A stretch of 64,000 nucleotides of DNA from Candidatus Hydrothermales bacterium (GTDB taxonomy: Bacteria; Hydrothermota; Hydrothermia; Hydrothermales; JAJRUZ01): contig JBCNVI010000001.1 of assembly GCA_039630235.1 (NCBI GenBank), forward strand, positions 363,059-427,058. Direction: 5' to 3'. The translations under genes and the position numbers were made by a program. How positions within the stretch are numbered: position 1 is the first letter of the stretch; the number at the start of each line of letters is the position of its first letter. The notes below the pieces were generated by a model, which had not been told where the DNA came from, ran no database searches, and worked only from the letters and a program-made list of their open reading frames with translations. This document shows positions 38,282-49,350 of this stretch, one piece after another.

Positions 38282-39700
38282 TTATGGTAAAAAAGAATTA
38301 GATGCAAAATAGGAAAAATCAACTAACGGCTTGGGATAGAACCCAAAAAATAAAATTCCTGAGACACAAATTATCATGGAAAGTTTAAGCCCGAAAGGAA
38401 TCTTTGCTTTAAATTCATAATCAGAGCTTTCAATATAGATTCTTTTCGCAACCATTAGGTAATAGAAAAGAGCCACAATGGTGAGAATTGCACCCCATAA
38501 AGCAAGATACCACAAGCCTGCGTGAACTCCAGCAAGAAACACATATAGCTTTGCCCAAAAACCTGCAACTGGCGGAATCCCGCCTAAGGATAAAAGAATT
38601 ATAAGCATAGAAAGAGATAAAACTGGAGCCTTTTGAGAAAGACCCTTTAAGTCATCTATATCTGTTTTATTTATTACACCTCTTACTATCTCAACAAAAA
38701 GAAAAGCTCCCATGTTCGAGAAAAGATAAGTAAAAAGATAAAAGATAACCATACTGATACCTTCCCTTGTATAAGCAGCAACTCCTACCAGGATATAACC
38801 GATATGAGCAATACTAGAGTAAGCAAGCATTCTTTTTAAATTTTTTTGAGGTAAAGCTAAGAGGTTCCCGATAAACATTGAAAAGAATGAAAGAACAACG
38901 ATTAAAAGTAAAAAATCATATGCTCCTGGAGGTAAAACTTCAAAAATTATCCTAAATAAGGCTCCTAAGCCAGCAGCCTTTGGAGCAACTGATAGAAAAG
39001 CTACAAAAGTTTCAGGAGCTCCCTCGTAAGTATCAGGTACCCAAGAATGAAAAGGGAAACTCGCAATTTTAAAACCAATTCCTGCAATTAAAAATACAAG
39101 ACCAGCTGCAAAAAGAGGTGAAACTCCGTAAGAAGTTTCCTTTATTTTTACATAATCAAGTGCCCCTGTGGCACCATAAATAAGTGATATTCCAAAAAAC
39201 ATCAAACCAGCAGAAAAGGCTCCAATTAAAAAAAACTTAATCGCAACTTCAGGAGCAAGGGTATCGTATTTTTTTATACCTGAAAGAATATAAAGGGGTA
39301 TACTCATAAGTTCAAAACATACAAAAAATAGAAGAAAATTCTTTGAAGATACAAGTAGTGACATTCCAAGGATAGATGTTAAAATAAAAAGATAATATTC
39401 AGCCTTTCTATCTTTGAGCTCTTCTTCAACAAAGTGCATACTTCCTAAGATGCCGATAAGTCCAGCTAAAAAGAATAAAAGCTTAAGTGAGAAGGAAAAT
39501 TCATCAAGATAAACGTCTCCCAGAGAATTTCCAATAAAGTCCTTAAATACTAAAAAAGAAAAAATGCCTAAAGTAAGAAATACTGAGTTTAGTATCCCCA
39601 GAACCTTTCCCTTCTTGTCTTCCGGAAGGAAAAAACTAAGAAAAAAATTTAAGAATATCAAAATTAAAATAAGAATTTCAAAAATAAATGTTTTGATCAT
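38282..39700 (-). CDS. nuoN: NADH-quinone oxidoreductase subunit N-like antiporter subunit
   Basis: 472 aa with 14 predicted TM helices and a NuoN/ND2-type conserved core. Confidence 0.65.
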   Translation of the reverse strand: MIKTFIFEILILILIFLNFFLSFFLPEDKKGKVLGILNSVFLTLGIFSFLVFKDFIGNSLGDVYLDEFSFSLKLLFFLAGLIGILGSMHFVEEELKDRKAEYYLFILTSILGMSLLVSSKNFLLFFVCFELMSIPLYILSGIKKYDTLAPEVAIKFFLIGAFSAGLMFFGISLIYGATGALDYVKIKETSYGVSPLFAAGLVFLIAGIGFKIASFPFHSWVPDTYEGAPETFVAFLSVAPKAAGLGALFRIIFEVLPPGAYDFLLLIVVLSFFSMFIGNLLALPQKNLKRMLAYSSIAHIGYILVGVAAYTREGISMVIFYLFTYLFSNMGAFLFVEIVRGVINKTDIDDLKGLSQKAPVLSLSMLIILLSLGGIPPVAGFWAKLYVFLAGVHAGLWYLALWGAILTIVALFYYLMVAKRIYIESSDYEFKAKIPFGLKLSMIICVSGILFFGFYPKPLVDFSYFASNSFLP

Positions 39701-39701
39701 T

Positions 39702-41261
39702 TTACCCTCCTTTAAATTTTGATAAAAATTCGATCACACTTAAATCAATATATTTGAGAAGTAAAAAGGGAAACATTCCAAAAAGTATAAGGATAATAGA
39801 AAGCATATATAGGCTTACCCACTCAGGACCCTTGGCATCGGATAAATCATGCCAAACCTCCTCTTTAAAGGGTCCGTAGAAAACAATTTTCAAAAATCTT
39901 AAAACGTATACAGCCGTTATAAATGTGCCTGTAAGTGCTGCTAAAAACCAAGGAAAATTACCTGATCTTATAGCACCTATAAAAACAAGTACTTCTGCAA
40001 CAAATCCAGATAAACCTGGAAGTCCAAGAGAGGTAAGACCTGCTATTGTAAACGCTGAAGCTATACCAGGCATCTTTTTCCCAAATCCTCCCATCTTTAA
40101 TATGTCCCTCGTATGTGACTTCTCATAAACAAGACCTACTAAGGCAAACAAAAGACCAGTCATAATTCCATGAGAGAACATTTGGAAAACTGCTCCGTTT
40201 AAACCCCATTCATCTAATGTTGCAAGTCCTAACATAACGTATCCCATATGTGAAACAGAGGAATAGGCAACTATATATTTAAGGTCAAATTGATTCATTG
40301 CCGTTAGTGCACCATAAACTATGTTTATACAGGCAATAAGTCCAACAAGCCAAACAAAGTCAGAGGCTCCTTGAGGGAAAAGCCCCCATCCCCACCTCAT
40401 TGCTCCATAAGCACCAAGCTTCATAAGTACCCCTGCATGGAGCATTGAAACAGCAGTAGGCGCCGCAGCATGACCATCAGGTGACCACGTATGAAGAGGA
40501 AAAACACCAGCAAGAACACCAAAACCTATATAAAAAGTTAAAAAAAGAATTCTCTGAAGATGCAAAGGATAATTAATTAAACTCAACTCAGTGTAAGAAA
40601 AAGTTCTATTTCCATTAAAGTACAAAACAAGCATTCCTACTAAAATAAAGGCTGATCCAAGAAGAAGATAAAGTGTAAGCTTTGCAGCTGCGTATTCTTT
40701 AGTTCCGAGCTCAACATTTCTCATTGCTGTATCAATAGGTCTCATTATGTATTCGATGAACCTATTGGGAGGAATCCTTGGCTTTAGGTCAGCTCCAGTT
40801 CCCCATACTCCAATAAGAAGATACATCGGCAAAACAGCAATTTCGTAAAAAAGAAAGAATATGAAAAAATCGAGACAGGAGAAGACACCAAAAACACCTG
40901 TAACTAAGACAAATAAAAGTATATAAAATTCCTGTGATCTAAAGGGAATTGTCCAAGATGCAAAAGTTCCCGTGAAGATTATAAGGCCAGTTAAAAGTAA
41001 AAGAGAAAGGGAGATGCCGTCGGCTCCAAGATAATAGCTTATCCCTAAGGAAGGAACAAGTGGTATTTTTTCTACGAACTGAAAGCCGCCCTTTTCGAAA
41101 TCATACAGAAAAAAAAGTAAGATGGAACAAAAAAGTGAAATCCCGGAGAAGATGCTAGCTGTTATCCTTACAAGAAGTGGTCTTCTTCTCAAGAATAACA
41201 TTATGAAGGCTCCAATAAAGGGAGAAAAAACTATTATTGAAAGAATTGGTACTTTCACCAC
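39702..41261 (-). CDS. nuoM: NADH-quinone oxidoreductase subunit M-like antiporter subunit
   Basis: 519 aa. HTWSPDGHAAAPTAVSMLHAGVLMKLGAYG matches the NuoM/ND4 signature. Confidence 0.7.
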   Translation of the reverse strand: MVKVPILSIIVFSPFIGAFIMLFLRRRPLLVRITASIFSGISLFCSILLFFLYDFEKGGFQFVEKIPLVPSLGISYYLGADGISLSLLLLTGLIIFTGTFASWTIPFRSQEFYILLFVLVTGVFGVFSCLDFFIFFLFYEIAVLPMYLLIGVWGTGADLKPRIPPNRFIEYIMRPIDTAMRNVELGTKEYAAAKLTLYLLLGSAFILVGMLVLYFNGNRTFSYTELSLINYPLHLQRILFLTFYIGFGVLAGVFPLHTWSPDGHAAAPTAVSMLHAGVLMKLGAYGAMRWGWGLFPQGASDFVWLVGLIACINIVYGALTAMNQFDLKYIVAYSSVSHMGYVMLGLATLDEWGLNGAVFQMFSHGIMTGLLFALVGLVYEKSHTRDILKMGGFGKKMPGIASAFTIAGLTSLGLPGLSGFVAEVLVFIGAIRSGNFPWFLAALTGTFITAVYVLRFLKIVFYGPFKEEVWHDLSDAKGPEWVSLYMLSIILILFGMFPFLLLKYIDLSVIEFLSKFKGG

Positions 41262-41359
41262 TTGAATTAATTAGACTATTAACTTTCGGAGTTGAACCAC
41301 CTAATTGAAAACTAATTCTATGTAAAACTGAAGGAACTTTTCAAAAATTAGAAATTCTT

Positions 41360-42862
41360 CTAATACCTTTTGTACTTGACAATTTTTTCACTCATGTAAT
41401 CCATTTTTTTTAAAAACTCCTTGAAATTTTCTAAGGTTAATCTAAAAACCCAGTTATTTTCTTTTCTACCTGGCCTATTTATTCTACCCTTATCTCCAAT
41501 TAAAATAATATCTTGAACTGGAAAAATAACTATTTTTGACTTTGAAGAAATCAAAAGGTCTATAATACTATCAATCATCTCAATGTTATTTTTTCCTCTT
41601 CCGATGTATTCTTCAAGAAACTCTCTCTCCTGATCCTTTATCTCTACCTCGAGCCAGCCAAGCAGAGTATTTGTGTCATGAGTAGAAGAATAGGCACAAC
41701 ATTCATAGGGATAGTTATGAGGAAGATGAATATTTGACATATCCTTTGTTAAAAATCCAAACTGAAAAACTCTCATTCCCGGTATATTAAAAATTTTCAT
41801 TATTTCAATTACATCTTCGGTTATGTAACCTAAGTCCTCAGCAACTAACTCAATCTTTCCAAACTTTTTAAAGATTGCCTCAAAAAATTCTAAAGCAGGT
41901 GCTTTTTCCCAGTAGCCAACTTTTGCATCACTTCTTCCATAGGGAATTTGATAATACCCAACTAAACCCCTAAAGTGATCAATCCTAATTACATCAAAGA
42001 GTTTTATACTATGGTAAATCCTTTTTATCCAGAAATCAAAATTCTGCTCTTTCATTACATCCCAGTTATAAACAGGATTCCCCCATAGCTGCCCTTCTTC
42101 TGAAAAATAATCAGGTGGAACACCAGCTACATAAATAGGTCTTTTTTCGCTGTCAAGTTTAAAAATATAGGGATTAGCCCAAACATCAGCACTATCAAGA
42201 GAGACATAAATTGGTAAATCACCAATAATTTTTATACCCTTTCTGTTTGCATAACTTTTGACCTCATAAAACTGCTTAAAAAAAATATATTGGACAAACT
42301 TTTCTCTCTCTATTTCATTCTCATATTTTTTCCTTAATTTTTCTAAAGCTCTCTCGTCTCTATCTCTTACTTTTTTATCCCAATCACACCACAAAGTGCC
42401 ATACTCTTTTTTTAACGCACAAAAGAGCGAAAAATCAGAAAGCCAATACTCATTTTCCTCTAAAAACTCAAAATAATCCTTAAATTGATCTATATTTTTC
42501 TTGAAATTATTAAAGGCAATATCTAAAAGATAGGATTTAAATTCAAATACTTTATCGTATTCAACAAAATCTTCTCTAAAAGATCCAACTTCTTTTAAAA
42601 TACCTTTGTCAAGTAGGCCATCTTTTATAAGCTTATATGGAGATATAAAAAGAAAGTTCCCAGCAAAGGCCGAATTACTCATATAAGGAGAATAATAGGC
42701 ACTCCTATCAACTGGTGTTAAAGGTAAAATCTGCCAGTATTTAAATTTACCCTCCTCTAATATGTCAATAAATTTATAGGAGGTTCCTCCAAAATCTCCT
42801 ATGCCAAATGGGGAAGGTAGTGAAAATATTGGAAGAAAAACTCCTGCTCCCCTTTTATTCAT
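41360..42862 (-). CDS. malQ: 4-alpha-glucanotransferase (GH77, amylomaltase)
   Basis: 500 aa with the GH77 N-terminus (GVFLPIFSLPSPFGIGDFG) and catalytic-region motifs. Confidence 0.85.
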   Translation of the reverse strand: MNKRGAGVFLPIFSLPSPFGIGDFGGTSYKFIDILEEGKFKYWQILPLTPVDRSAYYSPYMSNSAFAGNFLFISPYKLIKDGLLDKGILKEVGSFREDFVEYDKVFEFKSYLLDIAFNNFKKNIDQFKDYFEFLEENEYWLSDFSLFCALKKEYGTLWCDWDKKVRDRDERALEKLRKKYENEIEREKFVQYIFFKQFYEVKSYANRKGIKIIGDLPIYVSLDSADVWANPYIFKLDSEKRPIYVAGVPPDYFSEEGQLWGNPVYNWDVMKEQNFDFWIKRIYHSIKLFDVIRIDHFRGLVGYYQIPYGRSDAKVGYWEKAPALEFFEAIFKKFGKIELVAEDLGYITEDVIEIMKIFNIPGMRVFQFGFLTKDMSNIHLPHNYPYECCAYSSTHDTNTLLGWLEVEIKDQEREFLEEYIGRGKNNIEMIDSIIDLLISSKSKIVIFPVQDIILIGDKGRINRPGRKENNWVFRLTLENFKEFLKKMDYMSEKIVKYKRY

Positions 42863-44735
42863 GCTTTAAATATAAAACCCCAAGTGGAGGAAGGGTAAGT
42901 CTTATAGAATAGGGTCTTCCATGAAAGGGAATATCCTCAGAGTAAACTTCCCCATTTTTTACACCACTTCCCCCAAAATAAACACCATCACTGTTAAGGA
43001 TCTCATAGTATTTACCCCTCTCTGGGACTCCGACCCTATAATTTTCTCTCACTACAGGTGTAAAATTTAAGACAACAAGTATGAAGTTACCCTTTTTATC
43101 TTTTCTTAAAAAACTTATAACACTTTGAGTATAATCAGAAAAATCAACCCACTCAAAACCTTCAGGATAAAAATCTGTCTCATGAAAGCATTTCTCATTC
43201 TTATATATCTCATTCAGTTTTTTTACATAATTAAAAAGTGATCTATTTAGATTTCTGTTAAGTAAGGAAAAATCTATTTCTGCGTCATGATTCCATTCTT
43301 TATCTAAACCTATCTCGTTTCCCATAAAAAGAAGTTTCTTACCGGGATGGGCAAACATGTAGCCATATAAAAGTCTTAAATTGGCAAATTTTTGCCACTC
43401 ATCACCAGGCATCTTATTTAAAAGAGAGCCTTTTCCATGAACCACTTCATCATGAGAAAGAGGTAAAACAAAGTTTTCACTAAAGGCATACCAAATACTA
43501 AATGTTAGCTTATCATGGTGATATTTTCTATAAATTGGATCTTTAGAAAAGTAAAAGAGAGTATCATGCATCCATCCCATATTCCATTTCATACCAAAGC
43601 CAAGTCCACCCTCATCAACTCTTCTTGAAACTTTAGGCCAAGCTGTTGATTCTTCAGCAATTATATGAATACCTTCAAACTCGCGGTATAGATATGAATT
43701 CATTTCCTTTAAGAATTCTATTGCCTCAAGGTTTTCCCTACCTCCATAGATGTTTGGAATCCATTCACCCTCCCTTCTTGAATAATCAAGATAAAGCATC
43801 GAGGCTACAGCGTCGATTCTAAGACCATCAACATGATATTTATCAAGCCAAAAGGCAGCACTTGAAATTAAAAAGGATTTGACTTCATATCTTCCATAAT
43901 TAAATATCAAGCTATCCCAATCAGGGTGTCTGCCTTTCCTTGGATCCAAATGTTCATAAAGACAGGTTCCATCAAAAAAGGAAAGGGCAAAATCGTCTTT
44001 AGAAAAATGGGATGGGACAAAATCAAAAATCACAGCTATGCCGTTTTGATGCAGGTAATCAATCAAAAACATAAGGTCCTCTGGTTTTCCATAGCGAGAA
44101 GTGGGAGCAAAATAACCTGTAACCAAATATCCCCATGAACCGTAAAAGGGATGTTCCATAAGTGGTAAAAACTCTATGTGTGTAAAACCTAAATCTTTAA
44201 CGTATTCACATAGTAAAGGGGCAATTTCCCTATAGTTGTAAAACTCACCGTTTTTTCTTTTCCATGAACCAAGATGAACCTCATAAATTGAAATTGGTGC
44301 TTCGTGATGATTAATAAATTTTCTATTTCTAAGCCACTCCTCATCGTTCCACTTATAATTTAATCTATAGACAACAGAAGCATTACCAGGCGGTTTTTCA
44401 TGATAAAAGGCATAGGGATCCTGTTTGTACGCAGTATAATTGTTATATTTGGAGACTATGAAATATTTGTATAGGGCTCCGTGTAAGTCACCTTCTACCA
44501 AGGCTTCCCATATTCCCGATCCATCCCATCTTACAAACATTGGGGTTTTCTCTGGATCCCAATTGTTGAAGTCTCCCACCACATACACCCTTTCAGCATT
44601 TGGAGCCCAAACAGCAAAATATGTTATATATTTCCCATTTAAATTTATAACGTGGGAGCCAAGTTTTTTATAGAGTTTATAATGACATCCCTTTTTAAAA
44701 AGATAGATATCATAATCTGTGAAAAGGGAAAACAT
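42855..44735 (-). CDS. glgB: 1,4-alpha-glucan branching enzyme (GH13)
   Basis: 626 aa with an N-terminal CBM48 followed by a GH13 catalytic domain (DAVASMLY, GFGMKWNMGW). Confidence 0.85.
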   Translation of the reverse strand: MFSLFTDYDIYLFKKGCHYKLYKKLGSHVINLNGKYITYFAVWAPNAERVYVVGDFNNWDPEKTPMFVRWDGSGIWEALVEGDLHGALYKYFIVSKYNNYTAYKQDPYAFYHEKPPGNASVVYRLNYKWNDEEWLRNRKFINHHEAPISIYEVHLGSWKRKNGEFYNYREIAPLLCEYVKDLGFTHIEFLPLMEHPFYGSWGYLVTGYFAPTSRYGKPEDLMFLIDYLHQNGIAVIFDFVPSHFSKDDFALSFFDGTCLYEHLDPRKGRHPDWDSLIFNYGRYEVKSFLISSAAFWLDKYHVDGLRIDAVASMLYLDYSRREGEWIPNIYGGRENLEAIEFLKEMNSYLYREFEGIHIIAEESTAWPKVSRRVDEGGLGFGMKWNMGWMHDTLFYFSKDPIYRKYHHDKLTFSIWYAFSENFVLPLSHDEVVHGKGSLLNKMPGDEWQKFANLRLLYGYMFAHPGKKLLFMGNEIGLDKEWNHDAEIDFSLLNRNLNRSLFNYVKKLNEIYKNEKCFHETDFYPEGFEWVDFSDYTQSVISFLRKDKKGNFILVVLNFTPVVRENYRVGVPERGKYYEILNSDGVYFGGSGVKNGEVYSEDIPFHGRPYSIRLTLPPLGVLYLKHE

Positions 44736-44741
44736 TTTATT

Positions 44742-45770
44742 TTAAATTACTTCTCTTAGGTATCTTGCTGCTTCCTCAGGAGGTATAGGATTAATATAAA
44801 AACCTGAACCCCATTCAAAACCGGCAATATGAGTTATTCTTGGGATAATTTCAATATGGAAATGGTAGTCAAGATGTATAGTTTCCCAAAAATGAGGCTT
44901 TCCAGGTCTTGGTCTTGCTATAGGTGATGTGTGTATGACAAAGTTATAGGGAGGATCATCTAAGAGTATCTTTAACCTAAAGAGAACATCTCTTAAAACC
45001 ATTGCTAAGTCACTGATTTCTTCGTTGTCCATATTTATGAATTCATGAGTATGTCTTAAAGGAAAAACCCAAGTTTCAAAGGGAAAGGAAGAGGCATAGG
45101 GACACCAAACTACAAATTTTTCAGTTTTATAAACAATTCTTTCACCTAAGGAAAGTTCCTGATTAATTAGATCACAAAAAATACATCTTTCTTTACGCTT
45201 ATAGTGTTCTTTAGCTGCTTCAAGTTCTGCAACAACGGCAAGTGGAATTATAGGAGTTGCAATAAGCTGTGAATGGGAATGGTAAAGTGAAGCACCTGCC
45301 TCTTTCCCATAATTTTTAAAAATTAAAATGTACCTGAATCTTATATCCTTTGTTAAATCAATATATCTTTCTTTGAAAGCTAAAAGTACGTCTCTAACAT
45401 CTTCAGGTTTCATGTCTTGAAGCTGTAATTCATGTTTAGGTGTTTCAATTATCACTTCGTGAGCTCCTATTCCTGAGACAAAATCAAAAAGACCTACTCC
45501 TTTTCTTATAAGTTCACCTTCAATTCTTAGTGCTGGAAATTTATTTGGTACAACTCTTACACTCCAGCCGGGTTTATCTCTATGGGTGCCCTCTTTTCTT
45601 ATTGAAAAAACCTCCTTGGGTGTTTTATCCTCGTTTCCTTCACAGAAGGGACAATTATCCCGGGGTGGAATTTCTTCTTTCTTTCTGTGAAAATCCTTTG
45701 GTCTTAGTCCCCTTTCTGGTGAAATTATTGTCCATCTCCATCTAATTGGATCATAACGTAGCTCTGGCAT
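44742..45770 (-). CDS. galT: Galactose-1-phosphate uridylyltransferase-family (HIT-like) protein
   Basis: 342 aa with Zn-binding CPFCEGNE and the HIT-like YHSHSQL motif. Confidence 0.7.
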   Translation of the reverse strand: MPELRYDPIRWRWTIISPERGLRPKDFHRKKEEIPPRDNCPFCEGNEDKTPKEVFSIRKEGTHRDKPGWSVRVVPNKFPALRIEGELIRKGVGLFDFVSGIGAHEVIIETPKHELQLQDMKPEDVRDVLLAFKERYIDLTKDIRFRYILIFKNYGKEAGASLYHSHSQLIATPIIPLAVVAELEAAKEHYKRKERCIFCDLINQELSLGERIVYKTEKFVVWCPYASSFPFETWVFPLRHTHEFINMDNEEISDLAMVLRDVLFRLKILLDDPPYNFVIHTSPIARPRPGKPHFWETIHLDYHFHIEIIPRITHIAGFEWGSGFYINPIPPEEAARYLREVI

Positions 45771-45784
45771 ACCCCTTCCTCCTT

Positions 45785-47848
45785 TTAGACAAAATCATAA
45801 TCTTTTTCTTTTCTTTCAATGAAATAATATCCGTATAGAGGATAGCGAGCAAAAGTTCTATTTTCTAGTATCAAAAAAAGATATATATTATCTTGTAAGT
45901 CTTTTATAACGAGTTCAAAGATCTTATCTGCACAATAAAAAACTGAATTTTCATCATTATTGTTTTTATCCTTAGCAAATTTTAATATTTTATCAAAGTT
46001 TGAAGTTTTTATAGCAACTAAAATTTTAAAACCTTCATCAAATAAGTCTTTAAAGCTCTTTTTTGCATCAATACGTAAGCAGAGGTCTCCATTTTCACTC
46101 CATCCAAAATAGAGATACCTTAAAAGACTTCTTCCATCTATATCAAGATCTATTACTCCGGCGTTCGCCCACTCATAAAAATTCGTTATTCTTCCATCAA
46201 CTACTGGATATATATACCCCGAAACGTTCTTTGTAAAAAGTCTATGAATTTCTTTTTTTATCGGTTTTTCCAAAAACTCAGGATAACTTTTACCTAAATT
46301 TCTATAAACATTTTTTAAATGTTCTCTAAAAAGGATATCAAATTCAGGTGCATAAAAGGTTGGGTTATCGTATCCAAACCACCAAAAAAAGTCGCTACCC
46401 TCTGCAAAAAGCATAGAGTAAAAAGACTTTTCATTCAACTTCACTTTGTCTTTTAGATCATTCCTCACTTTTTTCAAAATAATCCAGCCCTCATTTTTCT
46501 CCTCTTCTCCCATCCATGTAGTGAATTCACTTCTTATCCATGAACCAGGATGTATTCTTTCTAAAATACCTTTTTCTTTAAAAAGGGTAGCTTCCTCAAA
46601 AAAAGAAAAATTGACATAATCTTTATTTGATAAAACCTCATAAAATCTTTTTAAAAAGGGGATTCCACCCTTTTCATAGTAAACCCAGGGGTTTTCTCCA
46701 TCTAAAATTACTGATACCCATAAATTTTTTCTCTTTGCCCTTAGCCTTTCAAGATAAAAAACAAAATCGTTAACTGCATCCTCAACTCTTAAATTTTTAT
46801 AAACAAAACCTATTTTATCCGATAAAACTCTATCTCTAAAAAATATTAAAATTTCGCCGTTTTTACCTCTATATAAATAGGGCCTATACAGTTCATCTCT
46901 GACATCTTCTGGTTTTTCTCTCAGTGGTAAATTTATTGACCTTTCGAGAATTCCCTCATCGGTCATCGTAAATAAAATTTTCTTTTTAATAAAAAGCTCA
47001 AGAGTTTCACTAGATACACTACCTTCTGCGGGCCAAAGACCCTTTATTTCCCTTTTAAATTCTTTTTTCATAAAGGAAAGAGCAAGATCAACTTGCACTT
47101 CAGCATCTTCTGGATATGAAAAATCAACTTTCCTATCAGCAAGATGGGGTGTAGATACGCAAAAGGAATTGCTATTTATTAAAAGGGGCATTATAGGATG
47201 AGAAAAGGGAGTAGTAGTTAACTCTACTTTTTTTTCTTTTATTAGATCCTTATAAATTTCCACAAGTTCATCAAGTATACTAAAGCATATGTTTAAAAGT
47301 TCTCTCTTGTCCTCCTCCGAATAATTTTCTTTTTTACTTTCTAACTCCTTTAGAATTTTATTTTCTTCCTTTTTAATTTCTGAGACATTTGAATAGACAA
47401 AATAAAACATTATATCGTTTATTTCTTTGTTTGAGAAATACTTTACTTTTTTTTCAAGGCCAAGAATGCTTCCCCTTTTTGTATATAAATATCTATACCT
47501 ATCGTAGGGTAATATCTGCTTTTCATAGTGAACTGAGAAAAAATTTCTTAGGACAAAGATTTTCTCCTCCTCTGACATAGAAGAGGGGTCTTTTTCAAAA
47601 ATTTTTAACCATTGACAGAAACCTTTTTTTTCTCTGTATTTATTTATTTGATACCATAAAGTAGGTGTTATATTAAAGGTAACTTTTACGTTAGGGGGTG
47701 TTTCCTTTAAAATCCTTCCCATGTCGTAATATTCTCTTATTGAATGAACGAAAACCCAGGGGAAAAAGAAATACTCTTTATCTGGTTCAAGAAGAAAGTA
47801 AGAAGGCTGATGGAAATGCCATAAGATTGAGAGATTTATCTCTCTCAT
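45785..47848 (-). CDS. Glycoside hydrolase family 57 alpha-glucan-active enzyme
   Basis: 687 aa. The N-terminus SILWHFHQPSY is the GH57 signature. Confidence 0.75.
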   Translation of the reverse strand: MREINLSILWHFHQPSYFLLEPDKEYFFFPWVFVHSIREYYDMGRILKETPPNVKVTFNITPTLWYQINKYREKKGFCQWLKIFEKDPSSMSEEEKIFVLRNFFSVHYEKQILPYDRYRYLYTKRGSILGLEKKVKYFSNKEINDIMFYFVYSNVSEIKKEENKILKELESKKENYSEEDKRELLNICFSILDELVEIYKDLIKEKKVELTTTPFSHPIMPLLINSNSFCVSTPHLADRKVDFSYPEDAEVQVDLALSFMKKEFKREIKGLWPAEGSVSSETLELFIKKKILFTMTDEGILERSINLPLREKPEDVRDELYRPYLYRGKNGEILIFFRDRVLSDKIGFVYKNLRVEDAVNDFVFYLERLRAKRKNLWVSVILDGENPWVYYEKGGIPFLKRFYEVLSNKDYVNFSFFEEATLFKEKGILERIHPGSWIRSEFTTWMGEEEKNEGWIILKKVRNDLKDKVKLNEKSFYSMLFAEGSDFFWWFGYDNPTFYAPEFDILFREHLKNVYRNLGKSYPEFLEKPIKKEIHRLFTKNVSGYIYPVVDGRITNFYEWANAGVIDLDIDGRSLLRYLYFGWSENGDLCLRIDAKKSFKDLFDEGFKILVAIKTSNFDKILKFAKDKNNNDENSVFYCADKIFELVIKDLQDNIYLFLILENRTFARYPLYGYYFIERKEKDYDFV

Positions 47849-47916
47849 TTAAAAGTTATTATATTATCTTATGATTGAAATCTTCAAAAAAATCTGATAA
47901 AATTATGTGGAATTCA

Positions 47917-49350
47917 ATGAAACTAGTTTACTTAAGTGCAGAGGTTTATCCGTTTTCAAAAGTTGGCGGGCTTGCAGATGTGGCAGGCTCACTTCCTATT
48001 CAATTAAAAAATAACGGAGTAGATATAATAGTACTTTCACCATTTTACTCAAAATTCATAAAAATTGAAAATTATAAGGTTAACGAAATCTTTGAAGATA
48101 GTATAAACTTTGGTTCGGAAATAAACAAAATAAAATGGATTAATATATTTCATAAGGGAGTGTCCTTTTATCTTTTGAGTCATGAAGATTTTTTTGGAAG
48201 AGATTATATATATGTGCCTCCGACTGGTGAGGATCAAAATCAGTATAAAAGGTTTGCCTTCTTCTCACTTGCCTCACTTTTATTTTTAAAGAAAATAAAC
48301 TTTAAACCTGATATAATTCATATAAACGATTGGCATACAAGCTTTGTGCCCATATATTTAGAAACTAAGTTCAAAGATGAAGAGTTCTTTAAAGATACAA
48401 AAACTTTACTTACAATTCACAATCTATCTTATCAGGGAGTTTATAGAAAAGAGGTTTTAAGGGAAATCGAAATTGATGAACCAAGTGATATATTTCTAAA
48501 AGACGGAAATGTTAATTTTTTAAAGGCAGGCATATTACTTTCGGATTATATAAATACAGTTAGTCCAACCTATGCAAAAGAAATTATGACGCCTCAACTT
48601 GGATATGGTCTTGATGATGTTTTAAAAAGTAAAAAAGATAAAGTTTTTGGAATATTAAATGGAATTGACTATGAGGAGTGGAACCCAGAAACTGATAAAG
48701 AAATCTATAAGAATTTTAATATAAATAATTTTAGAGAGGGCAAAGAGATAAATAAAAGGATGTTAAGGGAGGAGCTTTCCTTGGCTCATGATAATTCTCT
48801 TTTAGCTGGTATGGTTTCAAGGCTTACTTACCAAAAGGGAGTTGATTTACTCATTGAGTCTTTTGATGAATTTTTCAAAAGAGATATACAATTTATTCTT
48901 CTTGCCACAGGTGAAAAAAGATACGAGGATAAAATAAAAGAGTATGAAACAAAATACAAAGAAAAGTTTAGATTTATTCCCAGGTTTGACATAGTTTTAT
49001 CAAAGAAAATCTATGCTGGATCTGATCTATTTTTAATACCGTCTGTTTTTGAACCTTGCGGACTTACTCAGATGATTTCTATGAGATATGGAACAATTCC
49101 CTTTGCTTATAAAACAGGGGGGCTTGCAGATACCGTAGTGGATTACGAGGATGGCGGATCAGGCTTTTTGTTTAGTGAATATAATAAGGAGAGTTTTATT
49201 AAAAAACTTGATAAAATAATTTCAGTTTTTAAAATAAAGTCCGAGTGGGAGAAAATTATTGAAAGTTGTATGAAAAAGGATTTTTCGTGGGAGAAGTCAG
49301 CGAGGGAATATTTGAATTTATATATGAAAATAAAGTATGAGAAACTATAA
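47917..49350 (+). CDS. glgA: Glycogen synthase (ADP-glucose type)
   Basis: MKLVYLSAEVYPFSKVGGLADV is the canonical GlgA N-terminus. The ORF track starts at TTG 47875, but the ATG at 47917 matches homologues. Confidence 0.85.
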   Translation: MKLVYLSAEVYPFSKVGGLADVAGSLPIQLKNNGVDIIVLSPFYSKFIKIENYKVNEIFEDSINFGSEINKIKWINIFHKGVSFYLLSHEDFFGRDYIYVPPTGEDQNQYKRFAFFSLASLLFLKKINFKPDIIHINDWHTSFVPIYLETKFKDEEFFKDTKTLLTIHNLSYQGVYRKEVLREIEIDEPSDIFLKDGNVNFLKAGILLSDYINTVSPTYAKEIMTPQLGYGLDDVLKSKKDKVFGILNGIDYEEWNPETDKEIYKNFNINNFREGKEINKRMLREELSLAHDNSLLAGMVSRLTYQKGVDLLIESFDEFFKRDIQFILLATGEKRYEDKIKEYETKYKEKFRFIPRFDIVLSKKIYAGSDLFLIPSVFEPCGLTQMISMRYGTIPFAYKTGGLADTVVDYEDGGSGFLFSEYNKESFIKKLDKIISVFKIKSEWEKIIESCMKKDFSWEKSAREYLNLYMKIKYEKL

